Made by a program: the position numbers and the translations under genes | The notes under the pieces: model-generated | The model's input: only the letters and a program-made list of their open reading frames with translations | Database searches by the model: none | Told to the model about the DNA's origin: nothing | Origin: Lama guanicoe | Taxonomy: Eukaryota | Length of the DNA: 64,000 nucleotides | Direction: 5' to 3' | NCBI GenBank assembly: GCA_013239625.1 | Contig: MU053629.1 | Location: 3,189,567 to 3,253,566 of the forward strand | In this document: positions 14,101 to 25,527 of the stretch, in pieces | How the letters are laid out: each line of letters opens with the position of its first letter | How positions within the stretch are numbered: position 1 is the first letter of the stretch

Positions 14101-15438
14101 GACATTCATAATATTTACCCCTCCTACAACCTTGTAGGAGGACATTAAGGAAGTACCATCTAAAAGAATGAAGGGCTAGTCTTGGGGTTCATTCTCGGGG
14201 TTCATTTAGCTTGGGGGAGCTACAGTCTGATAATTACCATTCAGATTAAACATTTAAAAATACGAATTGTTATATAAAATTACTGTATAAATAATATGTA
14301 ATAAATATTATACACAAGTACAAATAATAGGATAATGAACCCCTTATGTATCCAGCTCCCTTCTGAGATAGATTTTCTGTCTTCTGTTGCTACATACAGG
14401 TTAATTGGGCCTCTTCTGGCCAAATGAGCGGCTAATAGTATCATTCTTGAATCTTCTGTATTGAGTGTACAACCTGCAGCCCTTGGTTATCATTTATGAT
14501 ACTAGGTAGCATTCTGAGTCTCGTAAGTTATAATCTTTCCCTATTATTCTCAGCAAATACCTTTTTTAGCCTTTTAACTCTTGATTATGTTTTGTCTTTC
14601 ACTCAGATGCCAAAGCCCCAGCCTTTGAGAATTATCTGTTAGGAAGATCTTTTTTTTGAACGAGTATTATTCTGTAACTAGCAAACATACATTATTCTTG
14701 GTTAAACATTTTATTAAATGGAAATAACTTAAATAACTTTTGAGTATCATGTAAGCCTTGTGAACTAACAAGTTGAAAGGTTTTAGTTTAACCTAAGGAT
14801 GAGGATTACATACAAAACTTTGAAAGTATGAGGGAGAAACTTTAAACATACCATTGAATGCATTCAGTTAGCTATTTTTTAGCATCTATACTTTATTACA
14901 AAATCAGTCCTCCTACTTCTTTACCAGTTAGGTCACAAGGTTATATTTTTAAAAGGTCCTAAAACAGTTATACCCAGAGTACTGTATTGGGTGATAACTT
15001 CTGGCAGACAGCTATTCACTGTACTTATGCAAATTAGGTGGCCCTTAAACTTGCCTTTATTCCATTTCATAGAAGCACCTTTGTGCCCCTGGAGCTGAGC
15101 ACAAGTTGTAGTTGTCTCTGAGTCCAAATCTCTGTGAAAGCAGAGAAATTCTTTGAGTATACTGATGTGTATGAAATTTTTTCAATAATTTTTAGACATG
15201 AATAAGAATGTATTGCATCCACTCATTACTTTTAAAGGAAGAGACTCTCTTGTTATAAATTTGATAGAGTCGTTTCACTTTATTTTCAAACGTCTGTTGG
15301 GATGATTTTCACTTCTCTGGCTGACCACACAAAATGTAGGTTAGTTCTACCTTTAAACCTAAGGTGTAGATTCTAGACACATTTTCAGTTTGCAACACAA
15401 CAGTACGCATTCTTGTTAAATTAGTTTGAGAAATTGAT

Positions 15439-15444
15439 TTTATT
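15439..15444 (-). terminator. MEGF11: MEGF11 poly(A) signal
   Basis: Minus strand gattgtaccttgtacaaAATAAAatcaat: AATAAA preceded by two TGTA (CFIm) motifs, about 2.8 kb after the stop. Confidence 0.7.
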
Positions 15445-17448
15445 TTGTACAAGGTACAATCCCTCTGCACAGTGAATAAATATATTACAAATCTGGGTTG
15501 TTTAAAAAAAGTATTGCCATTTCATAGTTACGCTTTTGTACAGTAATTGTACTTTTCTTACTCATTTGAATTGCATACACATCACTTGGAGTGAAAACTT
15601 AATTTCTGTAAAATAGTTGAACAGGTCTTTCCAAGTTGTCAATAAAATGCACAGTGCACATGTTTAGGTTGACCATGAACCTGTTTGTGACAGTGCTAGA
15701 TGGAAGTTGCTAATAGTTGCTCTGTTGGATTGAAATGTCTTTAACAGTAACGCTTAGGTATCTGAAGGCAGCTGTTGTTACAATAGCTTAATTATACTTT
15801 CTGCCTTTCCCTTCTCCACCGTATTGCCTGATTTGAGCTGTATTACATTTCTTTAAAAAACAAAGAATTCTAGAGCTGAAGGGTTGTTAGAGCCCCCTTA
15901 CCCCTCTCTGCTTCTTCCTTTTTTTTTTTAATACCCTGGGGGAAAACCCAGAGAGGGCAAGTAACACAGATCTCTTGACCCAGTGCTTCAGCAATTCCAC
16001 CTTGCCATCTCTTGCTGAATTTTGCCCAGAAGATAGTTGGCAAAAAAGAGGTGAAGCTTGAAACTTGCATGATGCTGCTTGTTTGCAGTTTGCCAGGCAG
16101 CAGTTACTGTACATGCAGGGTATGGGAAGGTAAAACCTGGGACTGAGACGAAGTTTCTCCTCGCTGACGTGACTTCACCATGCCTCTTGATCCTTACTTG
16201 ACAAAGATATTTGAGCACTTGGTGCCCCGAAATACTGAGGTAAGTCTCTTATCTATATTTCTTTTTACATAAATATGAGAAACATTTACTTGGGCCTACA
16301 AAGTAATTTTCTATTGTTATATTTTAATAAGGCTTTTATTGGAAAGTTAATTTGCTATTGCTGATCACTTGCTCCCATGCACACATGCAGCATTCATGTA
16401 AGTATTATATTTTCCCCTAACAATAAAGTTTGCTTAAGCCTTGAGTGAAGTGGGGGAGGGAGAATTTACTCATTTATTTTCTTGCTTTTGCTGGTTATTG
16501 ACCAAACTAATGGGTTCCGTGGCCGACTTCCAATGTGTATCAAGGGCTTCAGAACTCCCACACTTCCTGGAGCAGCTGTTCCAGCTTTGCAGTCATTTAC
16601 AGTCATTTAGTTCCTCTTCTGTATACCTTTTTGGCAGGTTTTTGTTTGTTTGTTTTTTTACTGGCTGGACTGTTAATCAGAGAATGGAGTACTATAGGGG
16701 TGGCCATCAGTTTCCCCAGGTTGCCCTTTTGGTCTTTAATTCTTGTGAGGAGGTCCTCTTAGGGCTTGGAAGTGGCTCCATTTTGACTCATCTGAGCCCC
16801 AGTTTACATATATGCATTAGTAGTGGAAGGTACAGGTGCACCTAAATCCTGGGATCCGGAGCGTTTAGCTCATAGTAATACATTTTTGGCCATCTCAGGT
16901 GGTGGTTAGAAGGTAGAAGTACTTCATATAGTTATATGCTGAGTTTTTACATCATGTTACAGCAATTGATTATTGCCCATTCTTTCTTTGATCATTTCAT
17001 TTAGTTCCATCAAAAAGCATAATATACTTTATAAACAACTTAAACCTCCTATATCCACTTCTGTCTAATTCCTCTACACATTTGGGTTCCATACTCATCG
17101 AGCTCAAGATTAATGAAGAAATGCTTGAAAGCAACTACTCTTCTGAGTCAGGAAATGCCAACCAAATACATTTGGGAGGCCAAATAACCGTTTTTAGGGA
17201 TATCTAATTCTTACCAGTCTGTGACTGCTTGTTTAAAGCATCATCTGAGAATTCTATTTCACATGGAATGACTCGGGTGTTGGACAGATTAAGGCAAGGC
17301 CAGGACCGACTTGCAATGTTCTTGAACTTTGAATTGGCAAGATTTGGTAAAGCTGGCCTAGAAATCATTGTTTTAGACAAAAAGGCTGCTGCACTTTGGA
17401 AACGTTTTCTCCTACCACCACCAGGGGCAGAAGAGGGAAAGTTAAATT

Positions 17449-17597
17449 GTTTTGCTTGTTTTCCTTGTCTTATGAGGGGAAGGTAATTAGCTTTATTCAT
17501 TTATTTATCTTTGGAGGAGGTACTGGTACCGGGGGTTGAACCCAGGACCTTGTGTGTGCTAAGCATGCACTCTACCACTTGAGCTATACCTTCCCCC
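17449..17597 (-). mobile_element. tRNA-derived SINE (Vic-1-like) in the MEGF11 3' UTR, sense orientation
   Basis: Same family as 4669-4775; TSD gggaaagttaa at 17435-17445 and 17598-17608. Confidence 0.85.
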
Positions 17598-17934
17598 GGG
17601 AAAGTTAATTTGTATTTATTAAAGTCTTACTTAAAAAAAACTGTGAGCATTAGACTATATGCTAAGTTCTGTAATCCTGGCTGTTATAATTTGATTGACC
17701 TGACATATATGTGTGGGTACTTTAGGATTGATATTAGCACAGTTTGTGTCTATGTACTAATTATCTTAGGTAATAAAACATGTTGAATGTAACAGGAACC
17801 AAAAGTACATATACATTTCAGGTGCTTCAAAGTAATCTCCCTCCCTCCCTCCCTCCCCTCCCCAGTCCCCTTCACTCTTAGGAAAGTTGGTAAAACCTAT
17901 TCTGCATGCTAAGCATCATGTTTCAGATAATTTA

Positions 17935-17960
17935 ATATATAAATATATATATATATATAT
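17935..17960. repeat. Imperfect (TA)n microsatellite
   Basis: atatataaatatatatatatatatat. Confidence 0.85.
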
Positions 17961-18246
17961 TTAGCTGATTTTGATGAGTAGCTGTATCTTAAATGTTTTA
18001 AAAAATCATATAATCCAGGGCATTTGGGGTTGGGGGTGGGTAGGTGGTAGAATTTGCCTTTGTGAGTGTACTTTTTGAACAATTACCCCAGTCCCACTTG
18101 GAAGCTCTTCTTTAGTTCCAGGTGAACGTTACAACTAACACGCAGCTGGAGTCAGTCTGTACCGTTATTTCAAGTCAAGGGATTGTCTTCTTTCAGAGTC
18201 TGAGAATATTCAGCAGAGCACATTGCAAGAGAGAGGCTTATCCCTC

Positions 18247-18432
<186 letters not shown>

Positions 18433-19015
18433 TCAGAGAACAGATTAGCTTTCGTTGCCTTGTTGGGGGCAAGAGAGTTCTATTTAACTTGGTGGGGGAA
18501 GAGGAGGGATTTATAATTCTGTGATAAATGTATGAGGGTTAGGACTGAAGCTTGTTCAAGAGATGGAAAACCTAAGTGAGTGTGCTATCAGAATCCCAAG
18601 CTCTGGTCAAAACCAAGGGCCTTAGAACATCCTAGAGGTTGGGGTCTTAGCAGTGAGCCCAGGGACCTGGGTTAAACTGGGAGAAAGTAGGTGATTTAGA
18701 CACTTGTAAATGTCTGTTCTGATTGTTTTCTTTTTTAAATAGGAATTGATACACAACAACCGATTGGAGTGTATGTGTCCTGACTCCCCATCCCCAGTAT
18801 TTCTGCTTCTTACTAGTCCTAGTGTTTTTTTAAAGTGGAGTTAGCACAAGAATTTGATTCTTATATGAGAGAGGAGGGCAGTCCTGGGAAAGACAGTTTA
18901 CCCTGGATTCCTTAAAAAGCAACAAAAGAAGAGTGTATTCAAAAGAGGGGGACTAAAGGGGGCTTGTTTTTATCTCAGATGTTGCACTAGTGCCCTGATT
19001 TCACTAAGTTACTTA

Positions 19016-19321
<306 letters not shown>

Positions 19322-19549
19322 TCAGGATCCTGAAGCTGTAAAAGCCTGTGACAATCCAAGATTCACTTACTAAATGTGTTGAGGAGTGCTTTCCTAAGTA
19401 AGCAGAGTTCTTTTCTAAAGAAACTTAGGTTTTTTGGAGGGATAGGAACGTTTTTGTTTCAGTAGTCAGGAATAGCACCAAAAAGGGATTAATTCGAGAT
19501 ATTTAGAATATGCTTTCACACCTATAATTTCTATAAAATCCTGCAAGGA

Positions 19550-19665
19550 TAGTTGATTGTTTGCATTTTATAGGATGATGGCCCAGAGAGATGAAGTGAC
19601 TTGGCTAAGGTCACACAGCTCATAAATGGCAGTGCCAAGGCTTGAATCCATGCCTTGGGATTCCT
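19550..19665 (-). mobile_element. MIR SINE fragment
   Basis: cattttataggatgatggcccagagagatgaagtgacttggctaaggtcacacagct is the reverse-complement MIR core. Confidence 0.8.
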
Positions 19666-20389
19666 TGGCCTATGTATTTTCTGTGGTATCATTCTTCTTT
19701 TGAACTCTTTTTGATGACTCAGCTTAGGTTCAGAAGTAGGTGTGTGATTTGGCACAAGTGTCAGCCATTTGGCAACCTTCAGGCAGCAAACTGGTGGTAT
19801 TCCTGTTCTCGGAAAGCTCGTGATTAGAGGCGGGGCAGACTGAAGTGTAATAGAGGTATAAAAAGCACCTGGGTCTCAGGCTGGGCTTTGGAAGGTTCCT
19901 GTTTTCTAGCAAGCCTGCCGTGTATCCTCTGGAGTCACTTGCTCCAGTTCTTGTGAATGTAACTGAGATCTGTTTTAGCAGTATCTTTCTGTTACTGGGA
20001 AAACCCATGCTGCTGCTTCTGTCATCTCTCAGGTGCATCATCCCCACGACTTTAGGGTATGTTAGGGTACAAAAAGATGCAGGCTAGTTTCCAAATATGA
20101 AGCCAGGTAACTAGCTCACTGGAGGAAGAAGATTCTCTTTGTGATTAAGAGTCACAGAAGGAAAGGGTTCCTTTAACCTCTATGCCGTTTTCCCTTTTGG
20201 GGTAAGATTACTGCCTCCTGTGGATTGTTTCAAGTGAAGCAGGAAGAAAAAGCAGGAGACATGCTAATCTGGCAACTCTGGCCCTAATGCTTCTGTGAGG
20301 CTCTGCCAGCCGGGGATGGGGGGAGGTGTCTAGAAATAAGCACTGAGTTGCAGGGGCTTCACAGTCAAGAGCAACCTAAGAAGTCTACT

Positions 20390-20465
20390 TTTCTGTAAGT
20401 GCTAGCAGATGGTGAAATTTCTGTATTTCTCAGCTCTAAATTTCTGTAAGTGCTAGCAGATGGTG
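20390..20465. repeat. 25-bp perfect direct repeat, two copies
   Basis: tttctgtaagtgctagcagatggtg at 20390-20414 and 20441-20465. Confidence 0.95.
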
Positions 20466-23400
20466 CAGTTCTTGGATGATCTTTCACTAGAACCACCACA
20501 AATTACATTTTGGGCTGCTATTTATCTATGCTTTCTGCCTCCAACTTGTGGCAATTAATGAAAATGTAAAAAAAATGAAAGTGGTGATGTGACTGGATGT
20601 ACCTTGGTCCAGTGAGAGCAGAACGTCCCACGTGACTGAAGGAGTTGGCGTGGCCACCACAGTAGTCGTTTCTCCCACAACAGGTAGCTTGGTTGGGAGG
20701 GGATTTGCTGTTTCATCAGTGCAGGGTTATTTATGTTTGTTTCAAGCAGGTAACACTTCCTCATTCTTGTACAGGGGTACGTCCACCCATTAGTCTCTTC
20801 AAGCGTTCAGAACACCCAGTGATGTAGGTAGAGCAGTAATTATTATTCTCCCTTCCCCTTTATTGCTCATGAGGAAATTGAGGTTTGAATAGGGAAGTGA
20901 TCGCCCCACGGTCACACTGCTCATCAGCATTAGAGCAAGCTCCAGAACCAGGCTCAGAGCACTTTGCATCACACCTTAGCCCGCGAGTAAGAGAGAGATG
21001 CTGGCCTTGGGTCCTGTCTTAGATTGTGGCCTCTTTCTAACATAGAACCATAGAGAGGAGGAGAAAACATTCTTGCTAGGCCACGAGCAGTCCCAGCCAG
21101 CCCCACCAAGGCCTAAAGGGAGGCTGGACTGGCCCAGCTGCTGGTGAGGCTCTCGGCGGGGAAAGGTGGCTGTGGGTCCTGGGCCGTGACCTGCCTGAGC
21201 TACATGAAATTGCCTCTAGTGAGTACTTTTTTTCTTAGTATAAAGGAGTAGGGGTTAAGTCCAGGAACCCTAGCTGGCCCATCAGCCCCACTTTGGGTTC
21301 TCTGAACCTACCAGCCAAACAGTAGCACAGTACGACTCAGCTGTTTGTGTGGAAGCTGAGGACTACTAGCATTGCTTAAAGAAGGGCTGTCCCCTGCCTG
21401 AAAAGCCCTAACACCTCCCCCCCGCCCCCTTCCCCATGCAGGCGCATCCTTTTGATAGGCAGCTGACTCAGCTGCATGTTTTCTAAAATTTGAGGAATAG
21501 CGATAGCTCACTTAGTAGCACGTATAGCTGGGCCTTCAGTCAGTCAGGTTAGATCATTTGACATTTGTTACATCTGTGAAGAGGGCCTGGGCAGGAAGGA
21601 CAAGTATTACTACTTTAGAAATGAGGAAACTAAAGCTCATAAGTTTTGCTTAAAATTAGTAGTTAAGTTGGGACTCAACGCCTGCCTTCTCTGATACTCA
21701 GTCCAGGTGTTTTCCCCTCCCATCTTGTTACCCGGTACTCCTGTTGTGTATCTTAAATGCAAACTGAGTCTGCAACAGCTTCACCTTACCCCCTTTTACC
21801 TGTGGGGCCAAGTCCTGCTGAGAAGGGCCAAGCTCTAAGCTTTCTGTCTAAGCTGACTTACGGCAGTGAAAGATGCTGCAAGTTCTAGCTCAGTGCCCAG
21901 CAGAGCTTCAGCCAATCAGCAGTGCCCCTCTCATTTCCACCAGAAGTTAGGGCTGCTCTCAAGTTTGGGGAAACAAATTGTTTGCAGCTGGGGATATGCG
22001 CCTGAATGGATAAAAGAGAAGCTGGGGTTCATGGGAAAGGGGATTAGTCTCAGGGAGAAGCTGTATCATCTACAAAGGGGCCACAAAGGGCGGAGAGGTG
22101 TGTGTGTGTTTTGAGGTGGTGGGGGAGGGTGTTGAGATTATGGAATAATCTGGAATCTATTTCTGGGAACAGGGCTGAGGGAAAGGGCAAGCCCAGCTGG
22201 AAAACTGCACTTCAGGAAGCTACTCCTTTCTCCTGTTGAGTCATCCACCTGCCTGCCTGAGGGCGGGCGGGGTAAGGGGAAGAATAACCAGCTGCCCTAA
22301 GACACTTCCTCGTCTTTTCACAGCCCCACCTCTGTGCTAGTCCCTGCACTTCAGGGCATGTTGCAAAGAAAGGGGAAGCAGCAGCCAAGGCTACCCAGGC
22401 TCTGGGGACTCACTCCTCCAAGGCCTGTCATTAGTATCAAGCCTGAAGGTTTAGCCCGGTAATGCCCTGGCTTTTGTTCTCATCTAGTTCCTACCTCCCC
22501 CAGATCACATACAGCCACATACTGTCAGAGGCAGAGGGGGCCTCTGAAATGAGCTAGTTGACACATCTTCATTTTATACAGGAAGCAGCAAATCCAGAGG
22601 GGAAATGACTTTCGAAGGCCACCTTGTGCGTAGGATTTGAACTCACCAAAAGACCATGAGACTCACACTATTGTCTGGTTAAGGCGAATATTTCACTCAC
22701 AGGGAAAACCTAGGCACCAAACGTCCATTTGTTTCCCAGCCTACTACTACTATTAGGAGGCCACACTGCCCTTTCTCTTCCTGGGCCCTAAGGTCTCATC
22801 CTTCTCTTGACTGAGAGACAGGGATCGGGGAGAGGAAAGGGGAGATCTCAGGATCAAAAGGAGAACCACACTGGCTGCGAAAAGTTTTCAGGGTGTCAGT
22901 GGGTTCCTGATTACCTTGGAAGCCAAGGTTACTGCAAGGAGAGACTTGGAGGTTGGATTAGCAGGGAGCATACAGGTGGAGAAAGTGGCAGCAACAGTGG
23001 GATTTCAGGATCATGAAGGTGATGGAGAGTAGTGGGGGGGATTCCTCTATAGCACTTGGAAATGCCTCACAGATAAGTGTCGACATGAGGCCGTTTGCTG
23101 CAGAATTATTGTGCTGGGGGGTGAGAGGAAGATAGATGGCAAGATGTTCAGAGTAGAATGGGGTTAGCACAGCAGGGTGAGTGGTCTCACGCAGGCTCCA
23201 GGATGACAGTGGGTGGAGGTCTTCAGGAAGTAACGGGGGGAAGAGGGGGGACTAACTGGAGTAAGACTTGAAAGAGCTGGAAAGGGCCTTAGCGATGGTG
23301 CTAGTCCAGCCCAGTGCTCCTAGTGCAGGAAGAAACCAAGACCCAGAAAACTGTGACCTAGTGGGTGGCACACAGCAAGAACCAGGACCAGAACCCAAAT

Positions 23401-25197
23401 CTTTTAACTCCCAGGCCTGGCTCTTTCTCACTGAGTTCAGAAAACACTGAGACTCTTAACTCTTGGTAGTTATGATTTGGTTTGGCCCAGTAGTTTTACA
23501 AACTAGTTTATTAAGTGTTTATTTGGGGAGTTGAACCAGTTAGTGGGGTTTAGTCCATGTCTCTGAGAAGTATTTCTGTCAAGTTCTGAACTGTGACATT
23601 CCATTCTCCTTTTGGTCTGATTTGTTGGTCACCAGCAACTGCCAGTACATTTACCTACACAGCCCTCCCTCCTTTCTCTCTGAAGGATGATTATAGCCAG
23701 AGTGGTGAAATGAAATCTGGCTGCTAGCCTGCTAGGCCGTCCCTGCACTCAGAGGCTCAGATGTTGTGATCCCACAAAACGGGAATGAATGACGCCAAGG
23801 CGGAGACACTGCTGTCCTTAGCTTTGTTTTACATTTATGGCTGCGAGTCTGAAAGCAGCTGCTCTCCTCACAACGCAGGACAGCAGAGTGCACAGGGAAG
23901 TTGTGTGCTCCTTTGGTGAGGCGTCTGGGCCTGTCCGGGCTTATTCACGCTTGCATCACGCACACTCTCAGGGCCTTTCTGACCAATCCCTGTGCCTCTT
24001 TGAGAAGAAACTGAGGTCCCAGGTCATAGTGATAAAACAGTATAGTTGTCTTTGCTGTTGGTTAGCCTCATCTACTGGAATGGTGTTGGCCTTTATTTGG
24101 ACGGGTTAAATCAAAACTAACACAAAATGGCCACAGTGATGCTCCCAAGGGTGTAGTACCCTCTGGCTGGCCAGGAGCCTGCGGGCGACCTCCTGGCCTC
24201 ACATTGTTCTCCTGGACCATGCACATCCTAACAGGCGCTGATGGGGGCTTGGCCTTCCTGCTGTCTTGTTCAGCACACAGTTCTCACCACCACCCTCCCC
24301 TGGCTCACCCCCACTTCTAATAACCACCCCACCGAGGGCTGTAGATGACTAGCTCTCCTTGGTTAGGAAGTGGTCTTACGTGTTCTAAGGGTAAGTCTAG
24401 ACCGGAATGGGAAATCTGAGTCAGTCTAGACCAGTGGTTCCTAAGTGTCAGTTGGGTGACTTGCTACATGAGGATACCCTGAGGCACTCTCCAGGCAGTT
24501 CTGGTGCACAGCTAGATTTAGGATACCTACTGGGGTTGTTGATACCAGTTGTATCTTTCAGTTTGGCTGAGACTCTTTTAAATAGACCTCAGAGACAAAA
24601 GGACAGCTCTGTTACATTAGTACAACCCTTTACAATATGCAAAAACGGCTCCCCCCTGTGATTTTATCGGACACAGGATAACCTTTTAGACCACAGGACA
24701 GGGATGATTACCCCAGCCTTGCAGGTGAGGAAACTGGGCCTTGGAGAGGTTGGTCACAGTTAATAAGTGACATAATTTTCAAAGCCACCTGTTTCACACG
24801 TTATGTCATTTAAACCTAGGGCCTAAGCCCAGAACAGGACCTAACCTTTCACCTTTGGTTTCACCTGTACGCTTCCTAGAAGGATGATCCGTCTTACAGT
24901 TCCCGTGTGTTAGGGATTAGTCCTGGCTTCCTCGCTCTCTGGGATAGAGATCTCGTCAGGGTGGAGTGTCATACAATATTAACATTAGGTATCATTTTCA
25001 TTCCTCGTGCCCCAGAAGCCAGCAGGTGCAGGTTGGTGTTCCTCGCCAGCGCAATGACAGGAGCCCTCTGGGGCAGGTAGATTGACTTTATTTCAGATTT
25101 TATAATCAATTTAAATGGTACTAATTCGTTGGATAATGGTGTTTTACATTTCCGAAGACGTTTAGTTGGCATGTATAAAAAAGCCCACAAGCGTTTG

Positions 25198-25211
25198 CTA
25201 AGCAGGTGCAA
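25198..25211 (-). CDS. MEGF11: MEGF11 candidate alternative terminal exon, coding part (VAPA*)
   Basis: tcttttgatttcag|TT GCA CCT GCT TAG; phase 1 with the upstream 57-nt exon gives ...KGFK-VAPA*; minus-strand AATAAA at 25087-25092. Confidence 0.6.
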
Positions 25212-25383
25212 CTGAAATCAAAAGATGAAATCATCATTATTATGATTGCTTCCCATGGGCAGAGCTACCCCGCAGCCCCAGGTCCTGTGGTCTTTAACTA
25301 TTTTGGTGGGTGGGGGAAGAGATGCTCTGTTTGCCTCTGGTAGAATTCCTGGCCATTTCAGATCTGTCCTCTTTATCTTGCTA

Positions 25384-25527
<144 letters not shown>

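Larger units (their letters stand above)
15420..18246 (-). other. MEGF11: MEGF11 3' UTR
   Basis: Lies between the stop (18247) and AATAAA (15439-15444); AU-rich. Confidence 0.7.

Noticed and set aside
14585..14660. Plus-strand acceptor-like ttttgtctttcactcag resembling the RAB11A last-exon acceptor
   Set aside because: Similarity is limited to 10 nt, the downstream frame has no Rab-like C-terminus, and nothing else supports it
20390..20465. CRISPR-like repeat-spacer-repeat
   Set aside because: Only two repeats, the spacer is partly derived from the repeat, and there are no cas genes; it is a local duplication
20555..20764. Possible extra MEGF11 exon ending at the AAG|gtacat donor near 20603
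   Set aside because: No convincing pyrimidine-rich acceptor and the peptide is unrecognisable
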